Positions 38,770 to 49,260 of a DNA stretch of 64,000 nucleotides are shown here, piece by piece. Numbering within the stretch: position 1 is the first letter of the stretch; each line of letters begins with the position of its first letter. The position numbers were made by a program, and so were the translations under genes. The stretch lies in assembly GCA_028534125.1 (NCBI GenBank), contig CM052822.1, forward strand, positions 73,532,001 through 73,596,000. The letters run 5' to 3'. Below the pieces are notes generated by a model, which was not told the origin of the DNA, made no database searches, and saw only the letters and a list, made by a program, of their open reading frames with translations. This DNA is from Lama glama (lineage: Eukaryota).

Positions 38770-39300
38770 CTCCTCTGAAAGCCCGGCCCCGCCTCTAAGT
38801 GACGGGCTGGCGCGCCTGCGCAAGTTGAGTTGGCTGAAAGCGCTCCTCTGGGAGGCCGGGTCCTGCTGCGCATGCTCGGCCCGCTGCCCTGCCCGGAGCT
38901 GCGCGCACAGGAGCACCTGCAGCTCTGACCTGCATCCCGCCTGGGCATCCCGCGCCCGGCCATGACCGCGCACTCCTTCGCCCTCCCGGTCATCATCTTC
39001 ACCACGTTCTGGGGCCTCATCGGCATCGCCGGGCCCTGGTTCGTGCCGAAAGGACCTAACCGCGGGTAAGGATCGCGCGCGGCCTGGCCTCCCTGCGGAC
39101 CCCTCCCCGGCCGGGCCCACCCCTTCCCCCGGGCGGCGGCGGCCCGCAGTGCAGCGAGCACTGGCCGAGGCACGCGCGGCGCCCCATTCCTCCTCCCAGG
39201 TCTGCAGTGGGCCGCGTTCAGCCGGGAGCCGGGAGCAGGCAGGCTGTCGGGGCCAAAGAGTAGAGACGGTCGTGCTTTAGAAAGGTAGAGACAGCCGCGG
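38770..39300 (+). promoter_or_regulatory. CpG-island promoter of ATP6V0E2
   Basis: CpG-dense, with GC box CCCGCC, a TGACG half-CRE and an NRF1-like GCGCCTGCGCA (38812-38822). Confidence 0.85.
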
Positions 39301-42300
39301 GCACCTCCTCCCGCCAGTAAAGGTAAAGGCTATGGCTAGGCGCTGGTGCAGTTTGTCTACTCCTGCCCAGCTGTGACCTTGAGCGTTTGTCACCCCTTCA
39401 AGCCTCGCTTTTGTCTTAGGTAATTGGGGGTTGTGATGATACCTGCCTTTTAAGGCTGCTGTGAAGATGACACGAAATATTGTATATAAAATTCTTAATG
39501 CATGGCACATATTATGTTAAATAATTTTTAGCCGGTATCATTGCTTTTTGAAGGTCCCCCAGCAGATTTCTGTACCTGTTGCACCATTTACCAGTTTCTG
39601 CTTTATATTATCTTCAGTTGTAAAGTGCTCTGTCTCCTGATTACAAGTTCCTCGAGGTGGAAAATTGTTTTGTTCACCACTGTATACCCAAGTGCCCAGC
39701 ACAGGACAGATTCACCGTTCTTAGTTATGTTGAAAGAATGGATTCGATGCTAATTTCTCTGGCAGCAACTTCACGTGCTTTATTTAGATCAGAGGTCATA
39801 GGACCTGGTCTGGGTTAGGTTTAGCTTTGGCTGAAGGCTGCTTGGACATATGGGTGTTGCCTCTGTTCTTCAAGATCTGAGGGGCTAAGGTTGCACGGCT
39901 TTGTAAACCATTTTAGTTCCTCACCTCTCCAGCAAAACTTGGTGAGTTCTTTCTTCTGTCTAACTGAAGTCTCTCTTGCTGCATTTAAAGCCTCTGTCTC
40001 CAGTCTTTGAGTGAACTCAGTGTAGCTAGGCCCCGTTCTCATTGTAACTGCTCACTTAGTCTCAGAGATGGCTCACAGGCTCCGTGCTTCTTGCCCTGTC
40101 TTCTGTCTCCCTTCCCCTTGCCCAGTGAAATTTGAATTCCAGAGATCACTCCACGGTGGGTTGCTGCAGATGCAGCTCTGTACGGTATCTTTTCCCGACA
40201 TGTCTACTCTACGATGGAGAAATAGTAGGTGATGGAGAAGGAAAACAGGTAAAGGGAAAGATTCATAATGTAACTTGGATATGGTCAAGGTTGACCTCCC
40301 CGTGAGGTGACGCTGGGAGTTTTTATTTTCCATCTTGCAATTCTCACCCCAAGTAGACTTCAGCCTCCTTGTGTTCAGGTGGCATCGGAAAGGCCAACGG
40401 AAAAGGGGCTGGCACCAGGAGCTCTTTCTCTGGCCCCGGTCAGTCCTCCTAAGGGCTCTGGTTCCACCTGCCCTGACCTGACGGCCTCTTCCATTGCAGA
40501 GTGATCATCACCATGCTGGTGGCCACCGCCGTCTGCTGTTACCTCTTGTAAGTACTGCTCTCCCCAGCTCAAAGTCAGTGGGTGCCTTTGTCCTCCCTTC
40601 TTTCCTCCTCTCCCAGCCCTGCTCTCCCCTCTGTCCTGGTCCTGACACCTACAGGCCTTGAAAGGCCGAGTAAAACAGAAGAGGAGGTGGTGTGCAGTGG
40701 CAGAGAGAGTGATGGGCTGGAAGTCATGAACTCTGGGTTCTGGTTCCAAATGTATCACCTGACAAGCTTTGTAATGTCCAAGGCGCCAGTTTTCTCATCT
40801 GTGAAATGAGCCAGTGCTTTTTATGCCTGACTGGGCTTCAGAATCACCCGGAGAGACTGTAAAACACAGCTTGCAGGGCTCCCCCTGCAGCCACTAAACC
40901 ACAGTTCTCAAGATCTGCACTTGGGAATCTGTATTTTTAGTGCTTGCCCCTGGGTGATTGTGATGCAGCCAGTTTAGAACCACTGGATGAACAGAGGTCT
41001 TCAAACTTGGAAAAGTTCCCTGGGAGATAGGGAAACATTCCAAGAGATGTGAGTACGAGGACAGTGTGAGGGAATCCACTTCCAAGGTTCCTCATGTCCA
41101 GATGTTCCCTTTCTAAAGCTGCCATTGTGATAGCCGCTCCTCTTTTACAAAAAAAGACACCCTGCCATCCGTCCCCAATCCTTCTGTGTTGGGTTTCTCC
41201 ATGTTAAATCATCCTGGCTGCCAAACTGAGGAATAAGTCCAAGTTCTGGCTTTGAGGGTGGCCTCTCTCCTAATCGGTTCAGCCACGTTAGGCCTTTTTG
41301 GCTTCCCACCTTCCTGGGTCTCATACACTACTTTCATGTGTTAAGCTTGGCATAGTTGGTATATTCTGAATCCAGAACAGTCAGGACAGGTAACATGATG
41401 AGAAGCTGATTCTTTAAAAGGTGATATTATTTCAAAAGTAACTGGACTATTTCTCAGGAATGCCAAATTTGTCAAAATACATAGAATAAAACCCACATTA
41501 AAAAAAATTTACATGACTAATTTCAGATTTGGTACATGTTATGTAGTTAAAACCTGTTTTATCTAATTAGATTATGAATTATTTATTCCTATTAGCAAAT
41601 TCTCTCTTGTTTCACTTTATATAATATTTAATATTTTCTACCTACTAATGAAAAAATAAAACTTGTAAAAAATAATGATGACTGTTAGATGTTAGCTTAA
41701 ATACATAGGGACATACAGTGTTTCAGAATTCTTCCTGACAGAGAGCATCTCTAAGGTCCTGTCTCTGTGTTGCTTCTTGGTTCTTCGGACCTTGGCAGAA
41801 TGTCTCCATCTGACCCAAGCAGGACCTCAGAGGGGCTCAGAGACCGGGACATAGAGGATGGTGGCTGGGAACATGGGGAGGCGGAGTGTACAAACATCAA
41901 GTCAACATGTGGGAAAGGGAGACTGGGCTGCAGATTGGATGCACACAGTCAGGTGGGACCACGTCTAGAAATTACATGCTCAGAATAGTACGATGATAAG
42001 TGGGCAGTGATTTCTGACAGCTTCCTGGGCATCAGGCACGTGCCCGGCTGCTGTGGGAGATTCACGGGTGGAAGAGCTGACCCTTCCTGCAAAACCATAC
42101 CGAGCACCGCAGTACCATCACCTAAGGCATGTAAAGTCACCCACCTCCAGAGGCCTTGGGGGCCTGCCACTGTGGGCAAGCGCAGTCACAGTGATGGGGC
42201 CCAGGCCCCCCCACCAGATGTGATGTGTAGCCTGCCGATGGGCCCTGAGAGCTCACTGGCCTGAAGGACAGTCCCTGTCCTGTCCTCAGCAGGCCTGGGA

Positions 42301-42851
42301 GTGGGGCTCTCGGTGTTCAGTTCCACACGTTGGGGTAGTTTCTACATCTTGCTCCTAAAAGGCAGTGGTTCTGACATGCCTGCCATCAGCCCAGCCTTGT
42401 CCTGCTCCAAGTACAGGTTGGAGGGGCCCGGACCAGAAACGTATTAGGGCACAGCTGCGAGTTGCTCCCTAGGTGCTGCTGGAGACTGTCTTTCCTCTTG
42501 CCTAATCCCAGGTCCAGCTTGACTCAGTGATCCTATAAATCTACAAAATATCAAGTCATACCAAGCCTAAACCCAAACCCACACGCCCCAGACAGAGCCC
42601 CCATGCCGGCTGCAGTGTGGATGGCTCGGCGGGACCCTTCACTCTGGAAGCCAGACCCTGCGTCTGTTGGGTTGATCACGTGACCAGCGGCCTGGTGTGA
42701 GGGGTGCATGGCAGTTCCTTGCGTCCAGGCTCACCCTCGCTCTGCTGTCCCTGGCAGCTGGCTCATCGCCATCCTGGCTCAGCTCAACCCCCTGTTTGGG
42801 CCCCAGCTGAAGAATGAGACCATCTGGTATGTGCGCTTCCTGTGGGAGTGA
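38962..42851 (+). CDS. ATP6V0E2: V-type proton ATPase subunit e 2, 81 aa
   Basis: Exons 38962-39065, 40500-40547 and 42758-42851 give [81 protein letters not shown]. There is a further 3' UTR intron at 42873-43282. Confidence 0.97.
40835..40985. mobile_element. MER5A-like MITE
   Basis: cagaatcacccggaga..aaaacacag..gggaatctgtattttta..ggtgattgtgatgcagccagtttagaaccactg. Confidence 0.65.
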
Positions 42852-45017
42852 CCGCTGCCGCTTCGGCCCCAGGTACCACGGGGCGGCGGGCAGGGTGGGG
42901 AAGGGCCCCAGGAGGAAGAGCCCAGGCAGGGTTGTTATAAGAGTTTGTGCTGGATTCAGGCATTCATTTATTAAGAAAAAAAAAGTGCTAAGCACCTGCT
43001 TCCTCCCCGCCTGGTGCTGTGCTGGGATGGATGGAAGACTGGGGTCCCCGGGGAGCACAACTGCCCAGCCCCGCTTGTGGGTTTACAGACCACAGAGAGG
43101 TGGCCGGGGACGCAGTCTGTTGTGAGTCGGGGGAGGGCTGGGGCACCGGAGCCCTGAGACGCTACCCAGGCAGAGGGATGTTTGAGGTAAGCTGGGTGAC
43201 CAACTCGGGCTCTCCATGGAGGGGTTGGGGGAGGGGGTCTCCACGGCGAGGAGGTGACTCTTTCATGTGATGTGATTTTCAGGTGTCCCAGCGCTCTGGA
43301 TAACCTTGGCTCCACCGCCCCTGATGACCCTTTTGTCACCCCCACAGCTGTGTCCTGGTTCCTCTGTGCTCCCTCCTTCAAGGCCTCCCTGGTTCTGGAA
43401 AGTCCCACCTTCCCAGCCAGTCTGGGTCTCAGGAAGCCCTGAGCTCAGAGTCAAGCTGGCGCAGGAGATACCCAGCCCTCTGGTGCCACTGCCCCCTCCC
43501 ATGTAGATCCTGCCTGGGAGCCTGCTTTTTGCAAAAGGGGGCGGCCCAGGGAAGGCCATGTGCCCTGTGGAGAAGGGGCATCCAGCCCAGGTGCTCTGAG
43601 CCTGGGATGGGCCAGGCCGGAGAGGAAGCCCTGGGTGAGGAGTCATGGGACCAGTTATGTCAGCCTGGCCACCATCCTGCTGCGTGACCCCAGAAAGCAT
43701 CTGCCCGCGTGGGCCCCCTCACCCGTGAGCTGGAGGGGCTCGATCAGGGTGTGTCAAAGGCCTTTCTTGGAGTTCTTTAATTTTCTGACACATGTAGATG
43801 TGAAATGTGTGAAAATGTTGAAATAATGGAAAAACATTTGCACACAAAAAAGCAACATAGTCTCTTGGGTCAGGATTGAAACCTGTATGTTTAGCATCCT
43901 TTATAGTTACACTCACTTAAATTGGCTTGCTCAGAAAGTGGTATATCCTCAGAGTATTCTGTTCCGCCTTCCTCCCTACCTGGGCCTCCCCGTCTGTGGA
44001 CAAGCTGTCCCCCCACCCTGAGGCTTGGTCTGAGCACTGTGTGAGCCGGGAGAAAGGGAAGGCAGCTTCTGCCCCAGGCCTGGCCTCTCCCTCATTTGGC
44101 TGCAGTGGGGGTAGATTCAGAGCCCCTTACGGCAGCACATACGTCACCTGGAGCTAGAGAGGGTGGGGAGACAGGTATAGGTGAGCTGTGGGTGGCACCG
44201 TGGGCCCCTGGGCCCACCCTGGCTCCTGAGGCCAGCACCAGACCTATCCTGCGGAGTGGCCGGGCTCTGTGCTGGGATGCTGTGGGGTGGAGGAGCACCT
44301 GCCTGGCGAGGGCGTCAGACCAAGCAAACCTAGGACCCCCAGCGCATGGCCTCACTTCTCCCAGGAGAGGTGGAGCTGAGACCTCAGACACTTGCCTGCA
44401 GTCCCAGAGCTAACTGGAGTCCCCTGACTACTCTGCTGCCTTTCCTCCCCGGGGGAAGGAGCCAGTATCTGTATATATTGACTGTTTATTAGACTGGCAT
44501 TCTATCTGGTGGGTGTCATTTTTGGGAACAGTGGTAGAAGATGATACGTCTCAGCTGGATTTCTTGGCTCTGGGCTTGGCCTGTTGCTCAGACTGGGGCC
44601 TCCCTTTGACATCCCACCCAACCCCTTTCAAACTCCCTTCCTGTGCTGACCTCTGTGGGCCTCCTGGAGTGGGGGGCGTCGAGTCTGGATTGTACTGGAA
44701 ACCTGACCCGTGTCTAGTGACTCACGCGTGGTGGGGGAATTACTGTTTGTTTGGAGGCTGCTCTTCCTCTGCCCACCCGCTTCCCATTCCCTCAGTGGGT
44801 GGATCTGGGGGACAGGAAAGGGGACTGGCAGCTGCTTGGAGCTGCAGCTCTGGGATGTGGATACTGAGAACTGCATTTTCCTGAGACCAGAGGAGACTGG
44901 ATGCTGCCCAGAACTAGGCCTGGCAGGAGGAGGAAGACAGAGGACTCATTCAAATGGAGCCTTGACCACCATTGTCCGTGTCCCGGATTACAGAGCATGT
45001 GGTCCCTGGGGCTCTGC

Positions 45018-45023
45018 AATAAA
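45018..45023 (+). terminator. Probable ATP6V0E2 polyadenylation signal
   Basis: First AATAAA in the terminal exon that starts at 43283. Confidence 0.65.
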
Positions 45024-47599
45024 GCAGGTCCCCAACATTCTGGAGTGTGGTCTGCCTCATTCCTAGATACCCAAGGGCTCTGCGCTGGGCTTGAGTGAGG
45101 ATCAGCTTCCAGGCAGAGTGAGGAGAGGGAGCTGGCACTCTGAGGCCAGAGAGTGTAGCTCATGGGAGGCGCTACAGAGTGTGGGGGTAGGAGGTGCACA
45201 GAGGAGGAACCGGGAGAAATGAGGAAGGACCACTGAGGGCCTGAACACTGAGGAGTCTGGGTTGATCCAATGGAATGTGGAGCCACAAAAGGGTTCGGAA
45301 GCAGGGTTGTCACATGACCCCACTTGGTTTCTAGAATCTCCACAGGAGAGGGGAGGGAGCCTGTTACCGGGGATCCGGATGGGAGTGGTGGTGAAGATGG
45401 GCATGCATGGGCAGACTGAAGGTCCAGTTAGGAGCTGAAGGTGAGTAGGGAGTAGGTGGTGGGGAGAGAGAGGCAGCAAGGTGGACCCTGTGATGAGCAG
45501 TAGGCTAAAAGAGTGCCCAGTACCTGGCGGCTGGACCCTCTCAGTGACAGGCTGTGAAGGAGGAGCAGGCTGGAGGGTGGTGATGACCTGGGGTCTCCTT
45601 TGTGTCCTGGTAAGCTGGGTGTGTCCGGGGCATCCACACTTGGTGAGTTGGAAACACGAGTTTAAAGGTCAAGAGGAAGATGTGGCCTGCAGAGGTGGGA
45701 TGTGTGTGTCTGTCCCTGAGTTCTCGTGGAACCACAGCCAGGCAGCCTGTTCCCGGGGCCCTGGGGAGCACCCTGGGTCTGGTGTCCCGTCCCCTTCCCA
45801 GCATGGTGACTGCCCACCCCTTCCTCACTGCAGCCATTCAGGGTGAGAGGAGAGGCCGGGAGCTTGGGATGCCCCCCCAGGGTCTGGGCCCGCCTGCTTT
45901 GTGAAGTTGGGATTCCTCTCAAAGCTTTCATCCCACCCGCAGGACAGGGACTGCAGGGAGAGAAGGTTTTGTCAGAAATGAACACAGCCAGACGTGAGGC
46001 AAAGCCATGAAGTAGGTTTTATTCTGTAACCACTGACAGTAGGGAAATGTGAGCTCTGTAGTGCCTGTGCCTATGTGAGGTGACTGGGCACTTTAACAGG
46101 AAAACAAGGGAGGGTGGGGTGGGGTGAGCGGGGCCTGAGTAGAGTCAGGAAAGTGAAAAGTCACCGAGGATTGGGGGCTGTAAGTGCATCCAAGCACAGA
46201 GACTGGGGACAAAGGCCCGAGTCATCCCGACTTCACCTCCGAGGAGCAGTCCTGGAGAGGCACTCCTGGGTGGCAGGAGATCCATACATGGATGTCCCAG
46301 AGGCACAGAGGAAGTGTTCACAGTGGTAAATGCTCTAAGAAAGGTCAGGTATTGGCTAGACAGTCGGTTCTCACAGCCCGGAGTTTGGTCAGACAGGAAC
46401 TCGATGGGGCCGGGTTGCCCAGGGATGCAGCCTTATGCGGCCAGAAGCCATGCCAGGTTGGGTGAGTCTTAGTTCAGGGTGTGGACCGACTTGTGCCGAG
46501 AGTTCTTTTGTAGTTTGTTTCAAGCAAGAAGCACCCCTTCCCCTGCCAAGTGGGAAGCACATCTGTAAATGTCAGCCTCTGACGCAGACGCTCCCAGCAC
46601 CTACAGGAAGCAAAAGATCCCTAAAGATGGGCAGTGGCCCAGAGTGGGTACCCCTGCACCACCCCTAATGGCAGAGCAGGAAGCAGCCTGGGAGACCACC
46701 CTGGGCCCGACAAGCCCCAGAGAAGACCATGGCCAGCGAGATTAGCTAAGCTGCACACACACAGAGCGGCCGACAGAGGGCAGTGCTGCACAAGGGATGG
46801 AGACCTCCAGACAGAACTGGTTGGGCGGCCCCTGGGGCCACGTGCTCGCACACTGACTAAAAGCCCTTGAAGGATATGGAACCACAACAGCTAGGTGCCA
46901 GGCACTGCTCGGGGAACCCAAAAGGCAAAGAACTAAGGGGACTTGCTAGCTGGATGCTGCACTGATGCCCGGCTTCCCAACAGTCTTCTGTGACTTTTCC
47001 CACCTCAGCATCCTGCCATCTGGCACATTCCAAGCCATAGCAGGGACGCCCATCAGCCCAGATTCTCAATGGAAAGAAGGAAATAATACAGAAGGTGGCT
47101 GTTACTGCAGCCACAGGGTCACCCCTCCCTGATGAAGCCCCTAAACCAAGGCCCTTGGAGAATTTGGGATTTTTGAACAAAAGTGGGATCATTGATAATA
47201 TTGGGAATTTGAGGAGTAGAGGTGAAATCAAGTGGGGGTAGTTGGCGTTGCTTCTGAGAATCTCCAAGTTCGAGTGCTGTAAGTGACCTTTGTTTATAAA
47301 CCTTGGGGTTTCCGGGAATGAAGTCAGTTGGCAGCCACCATAGTTTGCTTGACTTGTAACACCAGAAGGATGAGGGCAGGGGACCAAAGTCTACGCTAAC
47401 TCAGCCCATGCTCCGTGTAATGAACTTGCTTGAGAACCGCTCAGAACAAACAAACCCACAGAATGCTGGAACCGAAGCCAGGTCTACAAGGACAGACACC
47501 CAGGGATGGAGTGAGGATCCCAGACTTTGAACAAGTGCTCTGGGTTGTTCTTAGGCAGGCCCACTCAGGTCTAGGGACCAGCGTTGTGGAATCATGCAA

Positions 47600-48030
47600 C
47601 AGCATTTGTCAGGGTGGAACGTGGCCCACCTCTACTAGAATTGCCTGGAAGCTTGAAAATGCAGATTCCGGGGTCCCACTCCAAACCCCACTGGATTAGA
47701 ATGTCACAGACAGGAGTCAAGACTCTGCATTTTAAACAATGCTAGCTGAAACCCCCAAAGACAGGGTTCCCCTACCTCGGCACTACTGGCGTTTGGGCTG
47801 GATAATTCTTTGTTGGGGGCGGGGGGGGGTGCTGTCCTGTGCCTTGTAGGAATGTTAGCAGCCCCCTGACCTCTACCTAGCGGACGCCGGTGAAATTGTT
47901 CTCCTTGCTCCTGGTTGTGATCACCTTACATGTCTCCAGCCTTTGTGAAATGTTCCCTGGGGGGCCAAGTCCCTTCCCCCCTCCACAAGTAGGGAATCAC
48001 GACTCTAGAATCTTGACCCCTCAGGTGACT
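47600..48030. mobile_element. MER20 (47762-48003) inserted in or adjacent to MER5A
   Basis: MER5A motif aaaatgcagattcc..tctgcattttaaacaa is followed by MER20 cctcggcactactggcgtttgggctggataattctttgttg..tgtcctgtgc..aaatgttccctgggg. Confidence 0.7.
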
Positions 48031-48199
48031 GATAAGATTTCATCAGTTATCCACCCAGAGCCCCTGTGAAAAGATTGGGAAACCTCGACGGAAGGTGGTA
48101 TCCGGAGCACCAGGGTGACCCACGAGCATTTCCCCGCAGAACCTGGAGCTCCTGATCTGGAGAACACGCCCTGGGGAGAAGGAAGACCCAAGCTTTAGG

Positions 48200-49260
48200 G
48201 GATTATCGGGTGTCTGAGCGGATTCCAATCCCAGCGCATGCGGTGCAGCCCGAAGACGGTGCCTCCTCGGAGGCCAGGTGAGGGCGCGGGCGTCGCGGAA
48301 CCTTGGCTCACCCAGCGGGCATCTTCCCTGAAAAGGGCTGGGATGGATATTCTCAGAAAGCCACAGAACCCCCACCTCAGCTCCTTCACCTCAGGAGGAA
48401 GGGCCGTGATGACAGCAAGGCTTTTCCCCGCTACTGCGAAGGTCAGCCTTCCGTCTCCTGACAGACGGAGGCCCTTGGGGCACATGTCGGGGGGGGGGGG
48501 GGTCCCTGCGCATGCGCATTCTGGGTCTCAGCGGGAGCGCGGGGCCGGAAGGATTGCTGCAGAGGCTGCGACCTTAACCCGTTATGATACCAGGCAAAGC
48601 GGCCGTGCCCTTGGTCTGCAGCCATCGATTCAGCAAACATATTTCTCTCTTTTTTCTTTCTGCCCAGCCTCCCGGAAGCCGTTCACCTAGACTGAGCAGC
48701 TCAGCTCAGCTTCAACGTTGAGATAAAGAACTGGGCTGCCTGGGTTCAAATCCCAGCTCCTCCAATTATTAGCTGAGTGAAAGTTACTTAGTCTCCCCGA
48801 GCTTCCGTTTTATTGGGGATCTGGTACAGTAACCCTAGTGCCTGCCTCGTACAGGATGTGAGAGGAGCTGAGAGAATGGCCTAAAGTGCCGGCCTCATCA
48901 ATAAATGGCAGCTGCGAATCACATGATCTTTATATCATAACCCTGCCGCCACGCCCCCTTCACTCGGCCAGGAACTCAGCTTCCTTCTCCGTTTCTTGTT
49001 CCCGTCACCGACACCTTGGAAAAGGAAGTGACAGTCCCGGGAGCTAGGACTTGAGAAATAAGCGCCACGAAGAATACCTGGGGCCTGTTGACGTGTCTGT
49101 ATTTCTAGGTTTCGAGTCAAACGTCCTTAACGTAATCTGGAAATGTAGCGTCCTCGCGATAAAAATGCTAATACTCCTGGAGGTGGGGGAAGGAGGGGAG
49201 ATGGCTACCAGACTGGACACGCTGAATCTAAAGTTCTCAAGGAAAATAAGAAGGTAAGAA
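48200..49260. promoter_or_regulatory. Orphan CpG-rich promoter/enhancer-like element
   Basis: Perfect NRF1 palindrome TGCGCATGCGCA (48507-48518), ETS CCGGAAG (48545-48551 and about 48672), GGAAGTG at about 49024, and local CpG enrichment. No recognisable coding exon nearby. Confidence 0.55.
48735..48915 (+). mobile_element. MIR SINE
   Basis: ctgcctgggttcaaatcccagctc..tagctg.gtga..aagttactta..ctcc core. Confidence 0.7.

Noticed and set aside
45970-47420. Possible ERV/LTR remnants (also about 5263-5990)
   Set aside because: LTR-like in character, but I cannot assign a family or boundaries without RepeatMasker.
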